Assembly: GCA_043228905.1 (NCBI GenBank)
Contig: JBHGNT010000003.1
Coordinates: 12,400,001 to 12,464,000 of the forward strand
Direction: 5' to 3'
DNA length: 64,000 nucleotides
From: Azolla caroliniana
Lineage: Eukaryota; Plantae; Polypodiophyta
Below, in pieces: positions 24,321-37,061 of the stretch. The first letter of the stretch is position 1. Each line of letters begins with the position of its first letter. Under the pieces are notes generated by a model that had not been told where the DNA came from, made no database searches, and saw only the letters and a program-made list of their open reading frames with translations. Made by a program: the position numbers and the translations under genes.

Positions 24321-25795
24321 CTATCCCAGCTGGGGCATCATTCTATCTGACCCCCGATTGGAAGTGCTTCTCGTCCTACAGAGCTGAAGATCACGATTGT
24401 GTCCGGATGGGAAATGATGGTGCATGCCGAATCGTCGGCATAGGAGATGTGTGGTTGACGACGTCAACCGGGTGCAAATTGCTGCTAAAGGATGTCTGAC
24501 ACATTCCAGAGGTTCGGTTGAACCAAATATCACCCGGTCGGCTAGATGACGAAGGCTACACGGGTAGCATCTGGAACGGAGTCATAAAGTTCAGCAAAGG
24601 AGGCATGATCATGGCCTGCGCCTAGAAGATCAACACATTGTACCTGATGCATGCTTGGATATGTTGGGAAGAATTAAACGTGGTATCTGATATTGCCGGT
24701 GAGTTGTGTCACATGAGCCAAAAAGGGATGCACAAACTTGTCGAAGATAACCTCATTCCGGAGGTGAAAGATGTGCAACTTGAGAAGTTCACCGACTGTT
24801 TGGCCAGCAAGTTGAACCAAACCTCTTTCCAATCGAGACCACCGACAAGGCAGAAAGAACCACTAGAGCTTGTGCATACCGATGTATGCTAGGTTGACAC
24901 GAAGTCACATACTGGGCCGCAGTACTTTGTGTCGTTCATAGATGACCACAGTCAGAAGTTGTGGGTCTCATTGCTGAAGACGAAGTACTAGGTATTATCC
25001 GTCTTCAAGGAATTCCACACGAGAGTGGAAAGGGAAACTAACCGGAAGCTGAAGGTGGTTCAAGCAGACAACGGAGGCGAATACCGGGGGTACTTCGAGT
25101 AGTACCGTCGATTGAAGGGAATCCGTCTCGAATTTACTATGCGGAAGACACCGGAGTTGAACGAATTGGCCGAAAGGATGAACCGGACTATGATGGAGAG
25201 AGTTCAGAGCATGTTGGCACATGCTAAGTTATCCAAGACATTTTGGGGTGAGCTGTTGATGACGACGACATATATGATAAATAGATCACCCTCATTGCCC
25301 TTGGACGGAGACACACCGCAGAGAGTATGGGCCTGTAAAGACGTGTCTTACCGGCACTTAAAGGTCTTCGGCTGTCTCACCTACATACATGTAACAAAGG
25401 ACAAGAGAGAGAAATTGGACCCGAAGTCCCAGCCATGCATATTCCTTGGATACGATGACGATGAGTTCAGCTACCAAGTGTGGGACTTGGTCGACAAGAA
25501 GGTTTTTTGGAGTCGAGACATAGTCTTCATGGAAGACAAGACCATTGCCGACTGGGAATCGGAGAAAAAGATAGTGGACTCCGGGTCAATTGATAGAGAT
25601 CTGGTGGAAGATGCAAGGACACATCTAGTTGGAAGCCGGATGTCAGGTGAAGACCATGATGAAGCGGCCAGTTCCGGACACGGAATTGAACCGGTCGAAG
25701 AAGAAGAATTGGACACCAGAACCAGACAAGATCCCGAATCGGATTCGGATGAAGAACTGGTGGCCAGAAATCAAGGACGTAGATACCCTCTAAGA
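24320..25795 (+). mobile_element. Copia family A-like protease/integrase (degenerate); probably the same host element as 26431-26529 and 50358-51748
   Basis: GASFYLTP, LELVHTDVC, KTPELNELAERMNRT, KLDPKSQPCIFLGY. Closely similar to 6900-8300. Confidence 0.87.
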
Positions 25796-26430
25796 CTCCA
25801 AAAAATGTTCACTATAGAGAAGGGGTACAACACTGTGAGACTCAAAGGCAACGACCTCGAGCTCTAGCTTCGCCAACTGGCGGTTACAACAAGAAAATAC
25901 TTTTTATATTTCTCCCTCTCTTTCTCTCTTTTATCGTAATTACTTTACCCTAGTGGTAAGTTGTTAGCACTACAAGCACTGCGTTTTTGGTTCGAAACCC
26001 AACTTCCTCACCTCTCTATTATGTACTTCTTATATATCTCTTAATTCACTAGATGCCACTGTGGAATGTAGGGGTTGAACCCATGACCACCTGGTCTCCA
26101 TTGGGCAACCTTACTGACTGAGCTACATCCATCTGGGCATTTCTCCTTCTCTCTCTCCCTCTCTCTCTGTACAATATTAACACCAACAACTGTTCAACAT
26201 CATCACCAAAATGGTTGCCCTAATTCATATTTATACTTATATGACTTTAGGACTATTTACATATATGGCCATGACAGGCACACTAAAAACATATTTACAG
26301 ATATATCCCTAGATCCGGTTCACACCGCATCCATCTGGACACCTTCTGGATCCGTCCGGACTGGTTCCTTCCTTTTGTTTGTCCGATCCGTCTCATCCGG
26401 ATCCCATCCGGAGGGACCAAATTCCCAACA
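25796..26430 (-). repeat. Truncated Copia LTR related to 51170-51748 and 58707-59380, with a ~200-bp tRNA-like insert
   Basis: Ends ATTCCCAACA (TGTTGGGAAT on minus) and shares GGTTACAAC, GCCCTAA..TATTTATAC motifs with those LTRs. Confidence 0.75.
25944..26131. other. Two convergent tRNA-like (SINE-head-like) Pol III modules
   Basis: Plus strand: CCCTAGTGGTAAG...GGTTCGAAACCC. Minus strand: GGATGTAGCTCAGTCAGT...GGGTTCAACCCC. Absent from the sister LTRs. Confidence 0.55.
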
Positions 26431-27810
26431 AAGATATGGGTTCGATAAGAGAGATCCTACGAATGCACATAATTCGGGACCAGATGAAGAAGTTGTTGTG
26501 GTTGTCACAGGAGAAGTACGTGACAAACGTGTTGAATACGGGTTTCTAATGGACGTATTCACATTGTCTCCTTTTGAACACACTAGACTTAAGTTATTTA
26601 TGTAAATAGTGAGAATGGTAGTTGCCCTAAGTTAGTCAGTATATAAAATGACTTTGTAACCCAGTTACGGGTTGGTTGCTCATTTTGTAAAAAGTTGTAA
26701 TAAACTTCATTGAACTCTCTGACTCTCTCGCTTGCAAACTAGTTGTCTTTTACTTTCTGTCTTTGCTGCCATCAAAGTTATGATCTTGCATCCATTTACG
26801 ATCTTATCCTAGAAGAGTGTTGATCTTGTTCCGCATTAGGAGACAACGTTCCCAACATTTGGTATCAGAACCTAGTTTTCTTATTGATTCTGTTGCCGCC
26901 TTCTATGTAGTCTCCATCGACAACTCTCCTTTGTGTATCGTGAAGATCTTAGTTGATCTCGACAGGCAACCTACAACAAGATTGTTTACGCAAAGAGAAA
27001 CGTGACGAAGTCTGCACTCTATTGTTCTAGGTCACTCTTGGTTATGTGATCGTAGCCGCCCAGAGTGAGACTTCTATCCTGACTAGGCCAAATCTTTGCT
27101 TCACTCGACTAGGCGGAAATCGAATAGGTCATTCATTTGACACTTTTCTCCTACTCGCCGTAGTCACCTGAAGCAAACACGATCCCAGGGGCAACCCCAA
27201 TCTGTGTTTCATTCGAGTGAACGACATTCGGGAGGACCAGTCGGATCCGTTCCTCTCATCTTTGCAATTCACCGAAACAAGATCGGCCTGGTGTACTGCG
27301 CATAATCTGTGTTGGAAAATCTCAAAAATTTCGACTTGTGTTCACATTCGGCTAGAACGACATCGAGTGAGCCAATCTGCTGCAGTCTGTTGGCCGGTCA
27401 GAGAAGGCAAATGGGAAAGCAAGGTCGGATCGGATAAATATAGAAATAGGAATAGAATTATTAGGAGGGACGGATCCGGTAGTTGTAACCGATCCGGATC
27501 CGAACCGATTCGGTTTCGGTTAACGGTTGCCTACCGAGCACCGATTGTAATCTGGCCGGATGCCTATAAAAGGATCCGATGTTTTGTAATGAAGTGACGA
27601 AGAATTAATATAGTTCTGCTTATGCTTATTGATCTTGTCTTCGTTTGTGCTTAAGTGTAATTATCATACGCGTGTATTAACATCCTATCCCTACCACCCC
27701 TTTGGAGAAGTGTCGGATAGACACCTGTGTTGCGGCTAGTCCAGCCATACATACAACACTATTTTGGCGACCACGATTCCTGCAGAGTGCAGAGGACAAC
27801 CGGGGGATGG

Positions 27811-30800
27811 ATGTCTAGACAAAACAACGACCACATCACCGAAAGAGGGAGACGCCACGCCGAACGGCAGCGACGACGGGAAGCCCTGCAGCAAGCCGTC
27901 GACGAAATCCGGCGCGATCGGTCATTCTCAAAAACGCTTCGGCAAATCGCAGAAGAAGCACTGCAGTTCCAGGTTCTACAAGCTTCCGACGAAGGCAGTA
28001 GCATAACCAGCCTCCAAGAAGCGGAGACACTACTACAGACTCTCGCCGGCGGCGACGGGGACGCAGCGGCATTTGCAACATTAGAGGCAGATTCGGATAG
28101 CGGGGAAAGCGTGGGATCCCGTTATAAAAGCAGCCACGAGAACAACCCCTTTGAGTCGGATTACTCAGCAACATCGGAGCCAGAGGAGGAAATAACTCTG
28201 GAGTTCGGTGACCGGCAATCGCCGAGGAGGGAGGAGCGGTTACCAACACCACCCGCGGAGGAACCGCAGGAGCGGTTACCAACACCACCCGCGGAGGAAC
28301 CGCAGGAGCGGATACCAACACCACCCGCGGAGGAACCGCAGGAGCGGATACCAACACCACCCGCGGAGGAACCGCATGAGCGGTTATCAACACCACCCGC
28401 GGAGGAACCGCAAGAGCGGATACCGACTTCGGAGGAACCAGCGCAGGAGAATCAGTGGGACGACACGATGCCGTATCCGTACCCAAAGTATCGGGATGAG
28501 CCCGACGGAGAGGCACATGTGTATGCATTCCTGCGAACATGGGAAGCCAACCACGTGTCCCAGAGACTGACGGAGCCCGAGGCCGACCGATCCAAAGTCG
28601 CCGAATTCGGCATGACATTAGAAGGACCGGCGGCCCGGTGGCACGCAAAGCACTTACCAGGCAGCTTCGCCACGTTCGAGGCATTGAAAACCCAGTTTTT
28701 ACGCCTGTTTCATAGACGAGTGGAACAAAGGAATTGGTCGGACAATTCTACACCACCCGGCAGGGAGAAAACAAGACGGTCCCACAATTTATCATTCGTT
28801 TCCAGACCTTGCACAGTCAATTAGCAAGAGCACCACCCGAAAAGGAGGCCAAGGCAGTCTTTTTGGCTGCGTTGAAAGAGCCACTTCGAGCGATGTGTGG
28901 AATCCTCGATTTCAGCACCAGCACAATGGACCAAGTCATTGATCGGGTCCTGGAAATGGACAAGACGAGCCCCTTCTTGCCGATGGGGGCGTTACACCAG
29001 GCGCTTCCGAAGGAGGAGGACCTCCGGTTCCGACAAGCCCTACAATGCACAACATGCCTAAATTCGGGGCACTCGACCGTCGACTGCACCCTGCGTGCAC
29101 AGTGCATGATATGCAATTCTCGCGCCCACACAACAAACCGATGCGAGTATAACCTATTAACTCGACAAGCGGCACCGGTCCGACACATAGAACCGCGCAA
29201 TCGGGACCCGGAAGAGGATCGATTCCGGAGGGACGACCGCTACCGACGAGAACGCGGCGACAGATACCCCGATAGAAGACGCGACAGCTATGACCGAGAG
29301 GAGAACCGCAGGGATAGCTACCCCCGGGACCGGTACGACCGAGACGAATCCCCGGAATACGAGCGACGCAGAGAAGAAAGGCGGCCAGGGAACCGGAATT
29401 TCCGACGGAACCAAAGGCGTGGATTCTTCCGTAGAGAGGAGCGTCGGGAGGCAGCAAGGAATGACAAACCAGTAGCGGCACCGGAGAACCGAAAAACCGA
29501 GGACAACCGCCGGGGAATGCCTCTTCCCCAAACATGGGAAAAAGGAGAATCCAGCAACACGCACAGGGTGTACTGTTATTACTGCCGAAAAGAGGGGCAT
29601 TACAGTAATCAATGCCCAAGCAAAACAACCGACAAGCAGCCGGCAGTCAACATGGTGACAGCCGAAGTACAGCAGGTGACCACGCGGTCGAAGGGGAAGG
29701 CCGCCGAATGGGAAGCCCAGGAAGCAATCAGAAAACAAGCGGCACAATGGATCAAAGAAGCCAACGAACAAGGTGCGGCGGAAGTAAGAGACCAAAATAT
29801 GCCAAAGAATGAGGAAATCGTACAGCCAGGAGAAAACCCGACATGGCAAGCACTACAAGATTGTCAGATCGTGCTGCCGTTGGCACGGTTACTGCAGTTG
29901 GTGCCGCGGTTTACAGCAGACTTACAAGCCGCCGTGAGCAAACCGACGCCGACACCAGCACCGACATTTTTCTCCAACCCGGAGGAAGGCCCAGCGGTGG
30001 TCGATACCAGTAGCCCAGCAATCACGACAATCGTCAAAGGAAAGGAGATTCCAGGAACAATTATTGACGGAGGCTCCGGGGTGAACGTCATCAGTCGACA
30101 GACATGCGACGACCTAGGCATCCAGGAGTGGGAACCATGCCCCTTCTGGTTACGCATGGCGGATACAAGCTCAGTCCGACCAACCGGTCTTATCCGGGAC
30201 TTGGAAGTAACGATAGGAGGCCACGTATTCCGGATATCGGCCGTGGTACTAGAGCTGAATGTACAAGGCGCATATCCCCTACTGTTAGGACGACCATGGC
30301 TGCGAACGGCGCATATCAAGCAAAACTGGCAAAAGAATATGATCACGTTCCGACGAGGGAAAACAAAGGTACGGGTAGCCACGCAACCACGGGTGCTCAC
30401 TAGCAAGGAGGCAACCCCTTTATATGCCGAAAGCATCAACATGTTGGAGGGCTTACCGGATGAGGAAGTTGATCGGTACCTCGAGGAACACCCACAGATC
30501 GTCCCACTTTTTGAGGTGGATATCACGGCAGCAGTAGAGCCGTACATCACAATGCCGGACGAGCCGGACAAAGCGGCGATCCGGGAACTACGCCAAGCAC
30601 AGGAAGCCCTAGAAAGAGAAATGACGATATCCCAAAGGGTGAAAGCATCCCAGCTGGAAGAGGTGGACCTCGGCACAACAGAACAACCCCGACCGGTAAA
30701 AGTCGCGAAGGAATTGCCGAAGGAGGAAAAACAGGCAATGGTAGCACTGTTAACGGATTTCAAGGACGTGTTCGCATGGTCATACGAAGATATGCGAGGG

Positions 30801-33617
30801 CTGGACCCCCAGCTCTACCAGCACCAAATTCATCTAAGTACTGACGCGAAACCCATCGCTCAACGCCGGTACCGGATGAATCCAAACTATGCGGCAAAGG
30901 TGAAGGAGGAAATTGACAAGCTTCTCCGGGTCGGATTTATCCGACCAGTCAAGTAGGCAACCTGGCTGAGCCCGATAGTGGTGGTCCCAAAAAAGAACGG
31001 CAAAATCCGGGTATGTGTGGACTACAGGAAACTAAATGCCGCGACAGTGACCGACGCTTTTCCACTACCATTCACGGACGGAGTGCTAGATGCGGTGGCC
31101 GGCCACGAAGTTTACAGCTTCCTGGATGGATTCAGCGGCTACAACCAAATCCGAATGAACCCGGCCGACCAAGAGAAAACAGCGTTCGTGACGGAATGGG
31201 GAGTGTTCGTCGCGGTCGTGATGATGTTCGGATTAAAGACAGCCCCTGCAACATTTCAAAGGATAATTATGGAAATCTTCGGGGATTTTATTCCCGGTTT
31301 TATGCAGGTCTTCCTAGACGATTTCGCCGTCTACAGCCGACACGGAGAGCATCTCGATCACCTACGACTATGCTTAGAAAAGTGCCGCGAGTACCGATTA
31401 AGTCTGAACCCGGCTAAGTGCGTCTTTGGAGTCGCAAGCGGCAACTTGTTAGGGCACGTGGTGAGTCGGGAAGGAATCGCGGTAGATCCGGATAAAGTAA
31501 AGGCAATTCTCGACGCGCCGGCACCGAATAACGCAAAGGCTTTAAGCCGATTCCTTGGTCAAATAAGGTGGCATAGTCGGATGATACGGCACCTTGCCGA
31601 CTTTGCTACACCATTGCACGCTGCTGTACATAGAGTACCTTTCCAATGGACAGAAACGGAGGAGAAAGCCTACCAAGCGTTGAAGGTCATGCTGTCACAA
31701 GCTCCGGTGGTGCAGCCGCCGGACTGGAGTAAAAGCTTTCACGTCTTCGTCGACGCGTCGGACGTAGCAATCGGCAGCGTTTTGATGCAACTCACGGAAC
31801 TGAAATGGTATCGGCCGGTGTACTACGCAAGCAGGAAACTCTCGAAAGCCGAATGGAACTACTCTACAACGGAACGAGAGGCATTAGGAATGGTGTACAG
31901 TGTCACAAAGTACAGGCACTATCTGCTCGGACGAAAGTTCTCCTTCCACGTTGACCACTCGGCACTACTCTACCTGGTCTCAAAGGCAGCCCTAACAGGA
32001 AAACTCGCACGGTGGACGCTGCTATTACAGGAATTCGAATTCGACATTTTCCACCGACCCGGGGTGCAGCATGCGGTAGCAGACTACCTGAGCAGACTAG
32101 AATCCGGAGAATCAGGGGACGGCGTACAGGACGAATTTCCCAACGCCGAGCTGTTTAGGGTCACGACGACACCGGCAACGGAGGCCACAGTAGCGGACGA
32201 AGACAAATGGTTAACCGAAATGCATCAGTTCTTGAGCACCGGAGTTCCCCCGGAAAACCTGGACCGAGACGAACGGAAAAGGATGGCAGTACGGAGCAGA
32301 CATTTCTGCTTGGTAGGAGACACCCTCTATCACAAGGGGGCAGATGGCGTATGGAGGCGAGCAGTGCGGAGCAATGAAAAGGATCTGATCCTGAGGGAAG
32401 CCCACTGTGGAATTGCAGGCGGGCATTATGCCGGCGAAACAACAGCCCGGAAGATATGGCAGAGCGGACTATGGTGGCCGACTACCATGAGGGATGCCGT
32501 TAAGTACAGCACGGAATGCGACATGTGTCAACGACTGGGCCAACCCACGGAGCAGGCCCGGATGCCACATCACCCGGTCTTGCCATTAGAACCATTCCAA
32601 AAGTGGGGCTTGGACTTTGTCGGTCCATTCAAGCCACCGGCAATGCGGACCGGAAATCGGTACATAATAGTGGCTACCGACTACTGCACGAAATGGGTAG
32701 AAGCAAAGGCATTACGGGACAACACGGCGGCGTCCACGGCCAAATTTTTATACGAATGCATATGGTGTCGGTACAGATGCCCGATTGAGCTGATCAGTGA
32801 CCAGGGAGGACATTTCCTCGGGCAGGTGGTGGAAAGTTTGACATCATTCTATGCGGTAGTACACAAACGAAGCACTCCCTACTACCCTCAAGCCAACGGA
32901 TTAGCGGAATCAACGAACAAAACGCTACAGAACATCCTTAGAAAAATCGTCAATGAGAACCGGACCGACTGGGACACGAAGTTGCAGAGCGTGCTGTGGG
33001 CGTACCGAACGGCGTACAAGACTAGCATCCGGACGACCCCGTTCCGACTGGCATTCGGCTTGGAAGCAGTCATGCCAGTAGAATTCCAAATTCCTAGCTT
33101 AAGAATACAGGTTAAGGAGCGGTTAAGCGAGAAGGAATCCGAACGAAGCCGGCTGACGATGCTGTTGGAACTGGAAGAAAATCGAATAGCCAGCCTGCTA
33201 CAGCTAGAACTAGAGCAAAGGAGGAGGAAAGCCTTCGTAGACCGACACCGGCGGGGTAACGAAAAGGAATTCGACGTCGGGAAACCAGTATTGCTGTTCC
33301 AGACACGGATGGGGAACATGCCGGGGAAATTGCGATTTCGATGGACCGGACCATTCTGGATCACAAAGGAGTACAATGGGTCTTACCAGCTCGGGACGTT
33401 GTCAGGAGAAGTTGTGGGCAAATGGGCAAATGGGTTTCTCCTAAAACCGTATAAGGGGCACATGCCAGCTAACCCCTTCAAGCAAAACCCGGACATCCTG
33501 AATGGCGAGGAACCGACACAGATCCAGAGGACCGAGGAGCCGACACCGAGGCGGAACAACGAGGAACCGACAACAGTACGCACCGACCCGAACACATCGG
33601 GGGGAACCGAACAATGA
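27811..33617 (+). pseudogene. gag-pol: gag-pol polyprotein with a 1-bp frameshift (~28732) and an in-frame TAG (30954-30956)
   Basis: Zinc knuckles (CTTCLNSGHSTVDC, CYYCRKEGHYSNQC), protease IIDGGSG, RT YSFLDGFSGYNQI and FLDDF, RNase H FVDASD..YSTTERE, integrase HCGIAGGH..WGLDFVGP..QANGLAE, and a GPF motif. Confidence 0.92.
28232..28440 (+). repeat. 36-bp coding tandem repeat in gag (ER[L/I]PTPPAEEPQ x ~5.5)
   Basis: Directly visible in DNA and in ORF 27727-28824. Confidence 0.92.
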
Positions 33618-33641
33618 TGAGGCACATGGGTGAAAGAAAAA

Positions 33642-33681
<40 letters not shown>

Positions 33682-34029
33682 AGGTAATGATGAAGGAAGT
33701 AGTTACAACCGTCACACGGGTGCACGAGCTATTTAAAGCACAGAACGTGGGGGGCCGATGTACAAGATTTAACACGCGCGGCAAGCAAGGAGTCATAATG
33801 ACAGACACGTAGGAGATTCGACACACGCGGCAAAGAAGCGCAAGCATGACACGCGGCAGTAAAGGACAGACATGCTATTCATGACAGAGCATGCGCAGGC
33901 GCCAAAAATAGGACTTGCTATTCGAGGCAGAGGACGTGCAGACGCCAAAATTAAAGAGTGACATGCTAATTATGGCAGAAGATACGCACGCGCGAAAAAC
34001 AGGAAAAGGCGGCTCGAGGGAAACGCCAC

Positions 34030-34037
34030 TATATAAA
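34030..34037 (+). promoter_or_regulatory. Putative internal TATA box upstream of the extra ORF
   Basis: CTATATAAAG lies ~140 bp before ATG 34173 in the pol-ORF2 spacer. Function is inferred only. Confidence 0.4.
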
Positions 34038-34172
34038 GGAAGAACCGGAGAAGGGTTCACTTTTTACGAATTTTCCCACAAGCAAACGCAGGCTCAAGAC
34101 AGCGAGATCCGACGCGCAGAACACCCACACCCCGACCTCAGACCACAGGCAGCAGCAGAGGAAGAAGAAGCG

Positions 34173-37061
34173 ATGGCACTGTCGGAAGGAGCGCGACAAT
34201 GGCTGATGGAGAACGGATTAGGAGGGCTGCTGCGGGTCGCCGACGCTCCGCCACACAAGGAACCAGAGCAGGCGGCAACAGCAGTGGACCTAGCAGAAGT
34301 CACCGAAGGAGCGGTACAAGCGCTCACCGGGATTGCGGAGGGCGGACTTCAGACGATAGAGCTACCCTCGAGCCAAATATTCTTCGAGTATTTCGGCGAA
34401 TATTCCCTCAGCAGAAAGGCGTATCGCACACAGGGCGGAGAGAACCTGCTGTTCGAAGAGGTGGCCCGCGCCCTGATGGAGTATGGGTTCGTGAACCCTC
34501 GTCCGCCAGCCATAACCAAATACCGAGCAGCGATCGTCATCGCGACATTCGAAGGCCTGCAGGTGGACTGGCTCCACTTCATCACCGAAGGACTGAAAGA
34601 GGCGATCAAGCACTTGGTGGAAGGGAAGAAGCCATGGGCCGGAATATCCCAATGGTTAACAGTGTTGGTCCCACCGGCGTCCCCCATCAAGCACAAGAAA
34701 AGAAGTCGGCAGGAGACTACGCCGAAGCAAACCATAAAGCGCCGACGAATCCTAGAGAAACACACTCCAGGATGGACACAGGAAGAAGAAGCGCCGCGGG
34801 AAGAAGGCTCATCTCGACAACCGCGGGAAGAAGACTCCTCGCGACAGCAACGGGAGGAAGGCTCATCACGGCAGCCACAGAAACAGCAACAGCAACCGAC
34901 CACGAAGAAGAAAAAGGCGGAAAAAGGCAAGGAGAAGCTGGCGAAGAAGACCAGCAAGAGGCAAACCGACACCGAACCAGTAACGCTCGAATCGGAACCG
35001 GTACCAGTAAAGGAACCGATAGTCGCACCGACGGAGGACGCTGAAACAGAGGAAGACTCATCCGAACCGATGTTAATACTACCACCCCGGCAAGGAAAGG
35101 AGAAACGGGCGACAAGACCGACCCCAACAGCGGACGGAACTCAGCAACGGGCGAAAGAACCGCCTCCAGTAACCGGAACAGAAGCGACACAGGATGAAGG
35201 TCCGTCTGCACCAAAGACGGCAGTACCGGAACCGACGGCGGCGGAGTTCGAAGAACAAAGCAAGGAACAAGCGCCGGAGCAAGAGAAGAGGCCGGAGAAA
35301 CTGCCGAAAAAACAGCCGGAGCTAGGTACGCCTGCTCACACCGACGAAGGCGGAACAAAGGCACAATGGCTAAGGTGGTTGTCAGGGCAGTTGTCGGGAG
35401 TGGCAGACCAGATGGAGAAAGAGGAGGAGCAAAGGGAACAAGTGACTAGGACGACGACTAAGGATATGGTCATGCTCCGGGCACAATTACAGGAGCTGCA
35501 AGAAGAGCTAGCACAGGCAAAAGAAGGCAGCCGACAAGCACAAGATGGCACCGAGCCGGTCGGGACATCAGAAAAGCAAGCCGAACCAGAAACGGAGAAG
35601 GCCTTGCAAACCGGCCCTGAGACCGAGAAGTTAATAGCAACTTTGAAAGAAGAATTACAGGCTCAGGAGGCATTGAGAGATAACGAAAGAGAGCAGCGGA
35701 AGTTGGTAGAAGACGACAGACGGCGAATGGAGGAAGGCCTTCGCCGAAGCAAAGCCACCAATGACCGACTACAAGAAGAAAACGGGACGCTGCAAAAGGA
35801 AAAAGATAGGCTGCGCCGGCGAATGGAGCAGGAAATCGAGCGGTTGCGAGAGGAACTCCGACAACAAAAGGACCGGGATGATCAGTTGCGAGCTCAGGCG
35901 AACCGACGCCTAAAACAGAAGACGGAGGAATTCGACCGACTATGTAAGGATTATAAACAGGCCACGTCGGACATCAAGAATCAGGCAACAACGTACGACC
36001 GACAGATAGAGAAGCTGAAAGAGTAGCTCAAGGAAAACCGCTTGGAATTGTCCAAAGCAAGGGAGGAAGTATCGGCGGAGAAGACCTTGATGTCGGAACA
36101 AAGAAAGGAGATGGAAGTACTTCTGCAGAAAGTAGGGGAGCTGACAAAGAGCAGGAACGAGGAAAAAGTGAAGTCGACTTTCGAAATCAACAAATGGTGG
36201 AGTACCCGTGACAAGCAAAAAGCCGACTCTGAAGCTCAAGCTCAGTTAATGGCCGACATCATCAAACGGATAAGGAAGGAAAAACAAGCAGCTTCGGAAC
36301 AGGCTAAAGCAGGGGTTGGCCGAATTAAGTTCATCATGTCAAGTTGGAGTACCCGAGCTCAGGCCAGCATAAATGAAAGCACGGAGAAGCTCTGGAGGGA
36401 ATGGGCACAACAGGCAGCTGAACTGCAGACACTCCGAGCGGATGCAGAAAATCGGAAGAAAACCGGAAATGGGTTCTATAAAATGGACGAAGAAAGTATC
36501 GTCAACATCCGGGAAGAACTGTCGGAGGATTTCTATGCTCTAGCAGAAGAGCATCTCAAGGAAATCCGAGGGTTAGTAGAGAGGTTGGATGACGGGCAGC
36601 TCGAAACCCAACTAGAATTGGAAGGGTACGAGAAGGACCGACTGCGACAGGAAGCCGAGGGACACACAACGCCGATCTCCATCAGTGAGGGCGAGCGACC
36701 GGCTGAAGAGGACCCAACCGACAACGCACCCCGACAAGAATTACCCGAGGAAGAACTTCCGGAGCAAGAACAGGTTGATGCCGGGGATGATGCAGAGTGG
36801 AGACAGGGAAGTACCGAATCCGGGGAGGAAAGGACACAACCAGTGGAAACCGGAGAAAGCGATACCGGGAACGGAACGGAGGTAGAGCAGGACAGACCCG
36901 GACAGGATACAGAAGAAACACCGGTACCACCGGTACAAGCAGAGTCGGAGCAGCAAGATGCGAAAAGGCAGCCAATCCAATCGGAAGTCGGAGACGGCAC
37001 AGGCAAGACAACACTTGAAACCTCTGAGCGGAGTTTGCTGGATAATTTGGAGGAAGACTGA
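34173..37061 (+). CDS. Extra (env-position) ORF of the Gypsy element, ~960 codons with one in-frame TAG at 36024-36026: globular N-terminus, low-complexity linker, long coiled coil, acidic tail
   Basis: ORFs 33915-36026 and 36042-37061 are in the same frame. First strong-context ATG is GCGATGG at 34173. The region from ~35400 to 36650 is rich in E/K/R/Q/L, as expected for heptad repeats. Confidence 0.8.

Noticed and set aside
25944-26131. Functional tRNA genes (also 38274-38341 and a weaker motif at ~40490-40545)
   Set aside because: Anticodon arms do not pair convincingly and the boxes are decayed, so they are treated as tRNA-derived only.
28720-28745. Programmed ribosomal frameshift in gag
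   Set aside because: It lies mid-capsid with no slippery heptamer. A single lost G restores VEQRELVGQFY.
30954-30956. Programmed stop-codon readthrough at the in-frame TAGs (30954 and 36024)
   Set aside because: Both are plausibly CAG-to-TAG decay. The first falls inside the RT N-terminal region and neither has a CARYYA-type readthrough context.
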